Source of the DNA: Actinomycetota bacterium | Lineage (GTDB): Bacteria; Actinomycetota; Acidimicrobiia; Acidimicrobiales; Acidimicrobilacustridaceae | Assembly (NCBI GenBank): GCA_041183205.1 | Contig: JBEGMF010000042.1 | Span: 4,369-68,368, forward strand | Length of the DNA stretch: 64,000 bases | Direction: 5' to 3' | In this document: in pieces, positions 49,598 to 57,617 of the stretch | Position numbering within the stretch: position 1 is the stretch's first letter | Layout: every line of letters starts with the position of its first letter | Notes under the pieces: generated by a model | Database searches by the model: none | Seen by the model: the letters and a program-made list of their open reading frames with translations, nothing else | What the model was told of the DNA's origin: nothing | Made by a program: the position numbers and the translations under genes

Positions 49598-50425
49598 TCA
49601 ACACTGAAGGGCCAACTCGTACGCTCGATTCTTTGCCACACCGAGTTGTTTGGCCACCGTGGCGGCTGCTTCTTTTTTCGAGGTGCCACGCGCCAGCAAA
49701 ATTTTGATCTCGCCGATGATTACGTCATCGGCGATTTCTTTTGGAAGCGAACCCGACAACACGATCACGTACTCGCCACGCGGTTCTTTTTCTTCACAGT
49801 GAATTACGGCGTCGTCTAACGATCCTCGCCAAATCTCTTGGTGCATTTTTGTCAGTTCACGCGCTAACACCACGTCACGTTCTTCGCCGCATACGTCGAG
49901 TAAATCTTTGAGAGAACGAACAAGACGATGTGGCGCTTCGAACAACACGATGGTGCGTTCTTCATCGGCAATTTGTTGCAACTGGCTTTGTCGCGCCGAA
50001 CCTTTACGAGGCAGAAACCCCTCGAAAACAAATCGATTGGAGAGAAATCCGCTGTGCACTAGGGCCGTTAACACTGCCGACGGACCGGGAATGACATCAA
50101 CTTCGTACTGTGAAGCGATGACTTGGTTCACCAACCATGCACCCGGATCTGAGACCACGGGCATTCCAGCATCACTGACTAAGCCGACCGTTTTGCCTTC
50201 GGCCAGCGCGGCCAAAATGTTCGCGGTTACTTCACGCTCGGTATGTTCATTCACCACCACCAAACGCGGACTGGCGCCGATATGAGAAAGAAGTTTGCTC
50301 GTACGACGAGTGTCTTCACAGGCCACAACATCACAGGATGTAAGCGCGTCAATTGCTCGTTTAGAAATATCGTCAAGATTGCCGATCGGTGTCGCAATAA
50401 CAATGAAACGTGCGGGTTCGCTCAT
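49598..50425 (-). CDS. rsmI: 16S rRNA C1402 2'-O-methyltransferase
   Basis: ATPIGNL.D, EDTR, VSDAGMP.VSDPG, FEGFLP and ARELTK motifs. Confidence 0.95.
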   Translation of the reverse strand: MSEPARFIVIATPIGNLDDISKRAIDALTSCDVVACEDTRRTSKLLSHIGASPRLVVVNEHTEREVTANILAALAEGKTVGLVSDAGMPVVSDPGAWLVNQVIASQYEVDVIPGPSAVLTALVHSGFLSNRFVFEGFLPRKGSARQSQLQQIADEERTIVLFEAPHRLVRSLKDLLDVCGEERDVVLARELTKMHQEIWRGSLDDAVIHCEEKEPRGEYVIVLSGSLPKEIADDVIIGEIKILLARGTSKKEAAATVAKQLGVAKNRAYELALQC

Positions 50426-50793
50426 CGAAATTCCAATACGTCGCCAAGTTTGATTCCCCACCGTTGTAGCGAACCGGCATCACATTCGATAACCGCGCGC
50501 GAACGCCGAACGATTGGACCAAGTCGATTCGGGGTCATGGTGTCCATCCGAATAACTCGTTGTTCTTCGTCGACATAAGCAACATCGATAGCAAATTTCA
50601 TTCCCACGGTATGAATGCATTTCGCTGGACGTAACAACATCGCACCGTCGGCTTGTTCCCGACCCAATAAACCTTGGCGCCGCTGTTTACGCGTGATCGC
50701 AATCTCCAATGAGGCCAAAACGCGATCATTACAAACAAGCCAGGAACCATGCGAGAGATCTGTCGATGTAGATGTCTGATCGCTCGATCCCAT
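50422..50793 (-). CDS. DUF192 family protein
   Basis: RRQGLLGR, IHTVGMKFAIDV and AVIE.DAG motifs. Leaderless -10 TAGCAT. Confidence 0.85.
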   Translation of the reverse strand: MGSSDQTSTSTDLSHGSWLVCNDRVLASLEIAITRKQRRQGLLGREQADGAMLLRPAKCIHTVGMKFAIDVAYVDEEQRVIRMDTMTPNRLGPIVRRSRAVIECDAGSLQRWGIKLGDVLEFR

Positions 50794-50810
50794 TCCCAAA
50801 TGCTAAAGGT

Positions 50811-51887
50811 TTAAACGTTGAAGCGGAATTCCATTACGTCGCCGTCAACGGGCTCATACTCTTTGCCTTCCACCCGCAAGATTCCCGCGTCGCGGGCTTT
50901 TGACCAAGAACCCACCTGCAGCAACTCATTCCAATGGATGACCTCGGCGCGAATGAAGCCACGTTCAAAATCGGAATGGATGACGCCCGCGCATTTTGGC
51001 GCTTTTGATCCGGCCCGAAATGTCCAAGCACGGGTTTCTTTTTCACCAGTGGTGAAATATGTGCGCAGACCCAACATGCGATAGGCGGCATGCAAAAACT
51101 TCGGCAGCGCACCTTCGCCAAGACCCAAACCTTCAAGCATTTCTGCGCGCTCTTGTTCATCTAATAGCGCCGCTTCCGCTTCTAACTGAACACACATGCC
51201 GATAACTTCGCCATGACCAGAAAACTCTTGTTCCACCGGTGCAATTTTTTCCGGAATTGATTCCAGATCATCTTCGGCCACATTGACAATGGCGAGAACC
51301 GGTTTGTTCGTCAAGAGAAAATACGAACGCAAATGTTCGCGTACATCGGCGGCGAGATCACTGCGATAAATCGGGTCGCCCTCACTTAAAACAACGAGAG
51401 CTTTTTCTAATGCCGCCACTTCATCAAGTAACGATTTGTCGCCCTTGGCCGCTTTGCGTCGTTTTTCAATTTGCGTTTCAACCGTCTCCAAATCAGCGAG
51501 CGCTAACTCTGTTTCGACGATTCGCAAATGATCAAGCGGATCACTCGGACCGGGAACGTCATCATCAACGAAGGCGCGCAATACAAAGACAATCGCATCC
51601 GATTCGCGGATATTGGCGAGGAATTTATTTCCCAGCCCTTCGCCTTGACTGGCCCCTTCCACCAATCCACCGATATCGACGAATTGAACACTGGCTGGAA
51701 TCACCGACTTACTTTTCGACATTTCCGCCAATTGATCGAGGCGGTGATCGGGAACCTTGGCCACGCCAACGTTGGGATCCTTGGTGGCGAACGCATAGGG
51801 AGCAGCCAATGCCCCTCCACCGGCTAATGCGTTATAGAGCGACGATTTCCCAGCGTTGGGCAAACCAACGAATCCGAACTTTTCCAT
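50811..51887 (-). CDS. ychF: Ribosome-binding ATPase YchF
   Basis: [41 protein letters not shown] and [11 protein letters not shown] motifs. Confidence 0.96.
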   Translation of the reverse strand: MEKFGFVGLPNAGKSSLYNALAGGGALAAPYAFATKDPNVGVAKVPDHRLDQLAEMSKSKSVIPASVQFVDIGGLVEGASQGEGLGNKFLANIRESDAIVFVLRAFVDDDVPGPSDPLDHLRIVETELALADLETVETQIEKRRKAAKGDKSLLDEVAALEKALVVLSEGDPIYRSDLAADVREHLRSYFLLTNKPVLAIVNVAEDDLESIPEKIAPVEQEFSGHGEVIGMCVQLEAEAALLDEQERAEMLEGLGLGEGALPKFLHAAYRMLGLRTYFTTGEKETRAWTFRAGSKAPKCAGVIHSDFERGFIRAEVIHWNELLQVGSWSKARDAGILRVEGKEYEPVDGDVMEFRFNV

Positions 51888-51974
51888 AGCGACCGAGAGG
51901 CTAGTGGCGTTTTCAATGGACGAAATCGACCGGTCTTGGCGTTGGGCACTCGCTCTGCCTAAGATCTCTCCCCT

Positions 51975-52058
51975 ATGTCAAAGCGAACTTCTAAGCGCCG
52001 CACCAACGCCCGCCGTAAGCCGGCGAATCACGGAACCAAGCCCAACTGCGGCCGATAA
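51975..52058 (+). CDS. 50S ribosomal protein bL37-like (27 aa)
   Basis: Hand translation [27 protein letters not shown], matching the bL37 pattern M.KR..K.R.....ANHG..PN. Confidence 0.8.
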   Translation: MSKRTSKRRTNARRKPANHGTKPNCGR

Positions 52059-52059
52059 C

Positions 52060-52413
52060 GTGCCGGGCGATCCTTCAAAAGAACTCATCACCGTCCCCAA
52101 TCCTGAACCGGGGCGCGATTACGAGATCGTTTGCGAAACCGACGAACTGACTTGCCTTTGCCCTGTCACTGGTCAACCTGATTTCGCCACGATTCGAATT
52201 ACGTATATCCCCGACGAATTGTTGGTGGAATTGAAGAGCCTCAAGATGTACCTGTGGACCTTCCGCAACGAAGGCGCTTTCCACGAAGCAGTAACGAACA
52301 CCATTCTCGATGATCTTGTACGCGCCACATTGCCGCGTCGTATGACTGTCGAAACCATTTGGAAAGTTCGCGGCGGTATTGCCACCACCGTGACTGCTTC
52401 GCATCCGGCGTAA
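52060..52413 (+). CDS. queF: NADPH-dependent preQ0 reductase QueF (unimodular)
   Basis: [26 protein letters not shown] and RGGI motifs. GTG start 1 nt after the bL37 stop. Confidence 0.9.
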   Translation: MPGDPSKELITVPNPEPGRDYEIVCETDELTCLCPVTGQPDFATIRITYIPDELLVELKSLKMYLWTFRNEGAFHEAVTNTILDDLVRATLPRRMTVETIWKVRGGIATTVTASHPA

Positions 52414-52420
52414 GCGACTG

Positions 52421-53533
52421 CTATTTCACATTTTCTAAATCAGGCGGAATTTCTGTTCGCTCCACGATTCCAGGGGGCGGCGCTTGCGCGGGTGGCGGCG
52501 TGATATTGCCCGCGGTGATATTCACCAACTTGCCAATGCGATCAATAACCGCCCAAGAAAGACGATCTCCACCCACAGTCGAAAAGTGCAAATTGTCTTT
52601 TTGTCGCATGCCGCGTACAACACCATCGGCATTTGGCAATTGCGCCGCAAACGTTAAATCACTGTTGGAGAAAAACGGCCACGTATCGAAATATTGAATC
52701 CAAGGACGTGACTGCGCTTCGGTCCAATAGATGTAGTTCATCTTGTCAAGATCAGGAACTTTCGCTTCGGCCCCAACCGGAGGAGGACCGCACCAAATAA
52801 CGATGCGGTCGTTCGTGGGCGAGCGCAAAAGATCCATGGTCGCCGAAACGCGTCGACGATATTCGGTCAACCATTCTTCACTTCCACGAACCAAAACTTT
52901 TCCGCCGACTTCCATATTTTGCACGTCGTTGGCGCCGAACATCACCACCATGATCTGCGGATTAGTTGGAAGCACATCGCGAACAAAGTGCTCGGGCCAG
53001 TTAAAGAACTCTGGCCGCGCCAATCCGGTCGAAACTCGATAGTCGAGAGTGGAAGTGAACACGCCGGTGCCGGTGGATATACGCAAAAGCGATGTTCCGA
53101 AGGTTTGCACTAAAGAATCACCACCGATGTACATACGCAACGGCGCTTCGGGCGTGGCCGCCGGCAGTTCCGGAATCTTCTTCATCGCTTCAGCATCAGC
53201 TGCCGCTTGCTGTTCCTGTTGACGACGAAGAAGTTCTTCGGCGTCAACATCGGAAAGTGTGTTTTTGCCTAACGCTTCGTCGACCCGATTACGGAAAAAG
53301 GTGATACCAAAAGTGTCGCTGACGGTCGCCACAACTGAGGCCACATCGTTACGCCACGAATCACCTTTGGCATTTGATTTTCGCAACGTGGCATCTGCAT
53401 TCAGCGCGCCCGCAATGAGGAACGCGACAAGCACCACAATCAAAATCACGCCCGCCGGTGCAGTGCCTACCGGCTGATTACGTAATGGTCGAAAGAGCGA
53501 TCGCCAGTCGAATCGTGGTGGTTTGTTGTCCAT
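52421..53533 (-). CDS. SGNH/GDSL acyltransferase-esterase (DUF459-like), membrane anchored
   Basis: GDSL, STGLARP..F.W, MFGAND and DNLH motifs. Confidence 0.8.
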   Translation of the reverse strand: MDNKPPRFDWRSLFRPLRNQPVGTAPAGVILIVVLVAFLIAGALNADATLRKSNAKGDSWRNDVASVVATVSDTFGITFFRNRVDEALGKNTLSDVDAEELLRRQQEQQAAADAEAMKKIPELPAATPEAPLRMYIGGDSLVQTFGTSLLRISTGTGVFTSTLDYRVSTGLARPEFFNWPEHFVRDVLPTNPQIMVVMFGANDVQNMEVGGKVLVRGSEEWLTEYRRRVSATMDLLRSPTNDRIVIWCGPPPVGAEAKVPDLDKMNYIYWTEAQSRPWIQYFDTWPFFSNSDLTFAAQLPNADGVVRGMRQKDNLHFSTVGGDRLSWAVIDRIGKLVNITAGNITPPPAQAPPPGIVERTEIPPDLENVK

Positions 53534-53542
53534 AGCCCGTAC

Positions 53543-54979
53543 CTAAAAACTAAAGTAAATAAACGGTGCAATACCTTCAGGCCCCAATGCATCGACCAAC
53601 ACCAAACCAGCCGCCAAAGCCGCTGCTTGAAATGCCGGAGCCCATTTCGAAAACCAAAGTTCCGCTTTAATCGGATATTTCGGCGGCACAAACTGCGACG
53701 CCAATGAGGCCAGGACGACGAAGATGAGCAACAGACTCACTCCGGTGCTCGCACCCGATCCCGAGAACAGTCGACCGATCATGTCAAAGGCGTTATCCAA
53801 TGAAGTAGCGCGGAAGAAGATCCAGGCGAAGCACACAACGTTAAAGACCAAGAACCACTGCAGTCCCTTCACCAAAGGTGCGGGCAATCCGATCTCACGT
53901 CCAACCCACCATTTCTTCACGACACGTTCGCCAACCAGATATGCGCCATGAATGGCGCCCCAAATAACAAACGTCCAGTCGGCCCCATGCCAAAGACCGC
54001 CGATGAGCATCACCAAAAAGAGATTGCGATAGGTGAACAATTCCGAGCCACGATTACCGCCGAGCGGGATGTAGAGGTAATCGCGCAACCAGCGTGAAAG
54101 CGTCATATGCCAACGGCGCCAGAAGTCTTGCAATGTGGTGGCGATGTATGGCGAATCGAAGTTCTGCGGAAAGCGGAAGCCCAAAAGAAGCGCAACGCCA
54201 ATGGCAATGTCGGTATAACCCGAAAAGTCGGCGTAAATGACGATGGCATAGGCGTAAATCGCCCAGAGCACAGCCCATTGGTTATATAACTCGGGCGCGG
54301 CAAAAACTGGATCAACAATTTGTGTGGCCAAAAACGAAGACACGACCACTTTTTTGAACATGCCGCGGAATATGAGCATGAACGCTTCTCCGCTGCGTAC
54401 ATGCCGAGGATCTGGAGTTTCGTCTAACTGCGGTGCGAATTCACTGGCACGCACAATTGGGCCGGCCACGAGATGTGCGAAGAACGAGAGATATACCGCG
54501 AAGTCGAGCCAAGAAAGCGGACGACGCCATTCACCTCGACTGATGTCGATGACATAACTAATCGCTTGGAATGTAAAAAACGAAATACCAATCGGCAATA
54601 CGAGATTCAAAACCGGCGAGGAAACGTTCACTCCGAATGAATTCAAACGGTCGGTAAATGCCGTGACGAAAAAGTCGTAGTACTTAAAAATTCCGAGGAC
54701 ACCGAGGTTGGCAATTACCGCAATTCGCGTCAGCCATTTCGATGCGTTGGTTTTAGCTCCTTCGGGCGTAAGGGCGCGGAAGATGACCAAACCGAAAAAC
54801 CAGTTGAGGGTGATACTGCCGACAAGCAGCCAGAGGAAATTCCAATCCCACCAACCGTAGAAAACAAAACTGCAGGCGAGGATGAACCAACGCCACACCA
54901 ATCGATAGGGACGGAGAATCCAATTACCGGTGAAGGCAATCAAAAAGAACACCGCAAAGTCGACGGTGGGAAAAAGCAT
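53543..54979 (-). CDS. MBOAT O-acyltransferase (AlgI/PatA/DltB family)
   Basis: LPIGISFFTFQ, GPIVRA, DFSGYTDIA, FWRRWH, GLWHGA and C-terminal PFIYFSF. Confidence 0.93.
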   Translation of the reverse strand: MLFPTVDFAVFFLIAFTGNWILRPYRLVWRWFILACSFVFYGWWDWNFLWLLVGSITLNWFFGLVIFRALTPEGAKTNASKWLTRIAVIANLGVLGIFKYYDFFVTAFTDRLNSFGVNVSSPVLNLVLPIGISFFTFQAISYVIDISRGEWRRPLSWLDFAVYLSFFAHLVAGPIVRASEFAPQLDETPDPRHVRSGEAFMLIFRGMFKKVVVSSFLATQIVDPVFAAPELYNQWAVLWAIYAYAIVIYADFSGYTDIAIGVALLLGFRFPQNFDSPYIATTLQDFWRRWHMTLSRWLRDYLYIPLGGNRGSELFTYRNLFLVMLIGGLWHGADWTFVIWGAIHGAYLVGERVVKKWWVGREIGLPAPLVKGLQWFLVFNVVCFAWIFFRATSLDNAFDMIGRLFSGSGASTGVSLLLIFVVLASLASQFVPPKYPIKAELWFSKWAPAFQAAALAAGLVLVDALGPEGIAPFIYFSF

Positions 54980-55113
54980 TAGCCGCTCGCCCTGATTTGA
55001 ATCTCCGCGCCGACTCAAATCTTGGGTCGGCAGGTCAAAACTAGTCGCTGTGCTTGCGCATTTCGTGTCTCCTCCGACCTTTCGACATCGCCGATGACCA
55101 CTATGGTCTAGGT

Positions 55114-55713
55114 GTGCTTGATCACGTTTTCACCGACGCCATTGGATCGTTACGCGATGCTCTCGAAGGCGCGCTGTTAGAACGTCAAGCGTTCGAGGAG
55201 CGTTTCAATATCGACATGTTGCTTGGCGACATGACTTGGGAAACCACTTATGGATTACCGGGCGAAGGTATTCCGCCCCGAGTACAAGTTGACTTGACTC
55301 TTACTTGGCCCACGTGGGCGCAGACGGCGTATCGCTCGTGGTACATCGGCGAAGAACTCGTTGATGTACCCAGCATCGGGATTGAGGTGGTCTTGCGTGT
55401 CCAACGCCTCGCCACCGCCCCCGATCCAACCCCATTAGTTGAGGTACTTGAACGTACAAGTCCCTCCATTGGTTCGGCCAAGTTGGAACGCTCGGGACCA
55501 ACACTCGAAACCATTTTCGATGACATACAGATGGCTCCGGAATACGCCATCGAAATGAGTTACGAAGGGGCCTACGAGTTATCCGAATCAACGTTGGCCG
55601 ATGGATCAAAACTTGATGACGATCTTGGAGCTATCGGCGGTTGGATCTCATCGATCTTGGTTCGTATTGGCGATTTGCCATGGAACTTTCTCCCCGCCCA
55701 AGCAGAAAATTAA
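55114..55713 (+). CDS. Hypothetical protein
   Basis: Acidic, protein-like ORF. Leaderless -10 TATGGT 6 nt before GTG 55114. No family recognised. Confidence 0.65.
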   Translation: MLDHVFTDAIGSLRDALEGALLERQAFEERFNIDMLLGDMTWETTYGLPGEGIPPRVQVDLTLTWPTWAQTAYRSWYIGEELVDVPSIGIEVVLRVQRLATAPDPTPLVEVLERTSPSIGSAKLERSGPTLETIFDDIQMAPEYAIEMSYEGAYELSESTLADGSKLDDDLGAIGGWISSILVRIGDLPWNFLPAQAEN

Positions 55714-55715
55714 TT

Positions 55716-56573
55716 TCAGAATTCTTCGGGGTTGGGCAACAGATCAGGAAAGACAGGTTCGCGACCTTCTGCTTTGGCCGCAAACGATTCGACCATGTCG
55801 GACGGCTGGAACATACCGGTCTGCCAGGTCGCAATATGTTCAAGGCTGTCAGCCACTGAATGATCGCGCGTGAATTTCACCATTTCTTTCGTGCCCCAAA
55901 TGGCTAGCGGGCTCTTGGACGCAATCTCACGCGCAATTTCGTTGACATTGGCCAACATGTCTTCTTGAGTAGCGAACACTTCATTCACCAAACCGACTTC
56001 TTTGGCGCGGGCCGCTGACATTCGTCGACCGGTATAGGCGTATTCACGAGCAACACCATCAGGAATAATTTTCGGCAAACGCTGCAATGTGCCGACATCG
56101 GCCGTCATACCAATGTTGATCTCTTGGATGGAAAAAAATGCGTCCGCAGTGGCGTATCGCATATCGGCGGCGCAAACCATATCGACCGCCCCACCAATAC
56201 AACCGCCCTGAATTGCCGCCAAAACGGGCATTCGGGCCTTTTCGAAGGCTGTGAACGACTCTTGTAGGAGAAGGACCGATTGACGCAAACGCGCCCGCAG
56301 CCGACCCATCTCCTTAATGGCGTCCGGTCCCGTGGGTTCGGCGAGAGCGTTGTCGTCAGAGGCAAAGACGGCAAGGTCCATACCAGCGCAAAAATGTTTT
56401 CCGGTTGAGCACAGAACAATGGCGCGCACATCGCCGCGACGGTCGAGATCACGAACGATTTGTGGCAACTCGTTCCAAAACTCACGAATCATCGAATTAA
56501 GTGCATCGGGTCGATTGAGTTTTATTGTCGCGACTTTGTCGACGACATCAACGGCGAAACATTTATACGACAT
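55716..56573 (-). CDS. Crotonase family, delta3,5-delta2,4-dienoyl-CoA isomerase-like
   Basis: GKHFCAGMDL, GGCIGGAVD and E..IGMTADVGTLQRLP motifs. Confidence 0.85.
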   Translation of the reverse strand: MSYKCFAVDVVDKVATIKLNRPDALNSMIREFWNELPQIVRDLDRRGDVRAIVLCSTGKHFCAGMDLAVFASDDNALAEPTGPDAIKEMGRLRARLRQSVLLLQESFTAFEKARMPVLAAIQGGCIGGAVDMVCAADMRYATADAFFSIQEINIGMTADVGTLQRLPKIIPDGVAREYAYTGRRMSAARAKEVGLVNEVFATQEDMLANVNEIAREIASKSPLAIWGTKEMVKFTRDHSVADSLEHIATWQTGMFQPSDMVESFAAKAEGREPVFPDLLPNPEEF

Positions 56574-56576
56574 GGC

Positions 56577-57593
56577 TTACCCCAATTCTCTTTTCACAAG
56601 TTCAGCCAGATTTGTTTGTGGTCGTGCTCCTAAATGTGAAATTGCTTCAGCAGCGGCGATAGATGCCATCTCTCCACATTGTGAAAGTGGATTTCCACCT
56701 GTCCAACCAGCGAGAAAACCAGCGGCGTAAAGATCACCGGCACCAGTGGTATCAACGGGCACCGTAAACGCAGCGGCAATTTCGATTCGTTCTTCCGGCG
56801 TCACAATCACCGAACCTTTTTCGGAGCGAGTGATACACGTTATTGAACACTTACCTTGTATGTCAGAAATCGCTTGTTCTAAAGACTCAACCTGGCAAAG
56901 AGAGAGAATCTCTTCGGTATTCGCAAACAAAATATCGACGTGGTCAGCGAGCAGTTGCAAAAATTCTTGTCGATGACGCTCAACACAGAAGGAATCCGAA
57001 AGCGTGAAAGCGATTGGTGTGCCCACTTGCGCCGCCGTTTCCATCACGAAGCGAATCGATTCCTTCGCAATGGGTTCATCCCATAAATAGCCCTCGATGT
57101 AGACAACTTTGGCTTCGGCTATGACATCAGCCGCCACTTCCGTTTTTTCTATTTGGCCGGCCACTCCTAAAGAGGTGTTCATCGTGCGTTCGGCATCGTC
57201 GGTAACACAGACCAGACATCGAGCGGTTCCGGCTGCGGCTGATTCGCCACTTGCAACCGCACCATGAAAGTCGACACCAATGGCGCGAATGTCATGGGCG
57301 AAAACTTCACCCAAAGAATCATCAGCCACTTTTCCGATAAACGCAGCGCGCCGTCCCAACGATGCAAGACCAGCGGCCGTATTGGCAGCCGAACCACCGG
57401 ACATTTCGATGGCCGGAGGCATATCGGCATAAATCTCTTTGGCCCTTTGGGGATCAGTGATTTGCATCGATCCCTTTACCATTGCGTGTTGCGTTAGAAA
57501 CTCGTCGCTCACTTGAGCCAATACATCGACGATGGCATTTCCAACGCATACAGCGTCAAGGGGACGATTCGGGTCTGATTGAAGCGCAGGCAT
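56577..57593 (-). CDS. PfkB-family adenosine/sugar kinase
   Basis: GNAIVD, SGGSAANT, ERTMNT.LG, EGYLWD and DTTGAGDLYAAG motifs. Confidence 0.9.
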   Translation of the reverse strand: MPALQSDPNRPLDAVCVGNAIVDVLAQVSDEFLTQHAMVKGSMQITDPQRAKEIYADMPPAIEMSGGSAANTAAGLASLGRRAAFIGKVADDSLGEVFAHDIRAIGVDFHGAVASGESAAAGTARCLVCVTDDAERTMNTSLGVAGQIEKTEVAADVIAEAKVVYIEGYLWDEPIAKESIRFVMETAAQVGTPIAFTLSDSFCVERHRQEFLQLLADHVDILFANTEEILSLCQVESLEQAISDIQGKCSITCITRSEKGSVIVTPEERIEIAAAFTVPVDTTGAGDLYAAGFLAGWTGGNPLSQCGEMASIAAAEAISHLGARPQTNLAELVKRELG

Positions 57594-57600
57594 GGTGATG

Positions 57601-57610
57601 ACCCTACGCT
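57601..57610. promoter_or_regulatory. Overlapping divergent -10 elements (bidirectional leaderless promoter)
   Basis: ACCCTACGCT reads as TAGGGT on minus and TACGCT on plus, sharing TA. Each lies 7 nt from an ATG. Confidence 0.6.
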
Positions 57611-57617
57611 CTGATAC

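Noticed and set aside
51856-52059. N-terminally extended QueF or a preQ1 riboswitch
   Set aside because: The extension overlaps ychF and is better explained by the bL37 ORF in another frame; no preQ1 aptamer consensus is visible.
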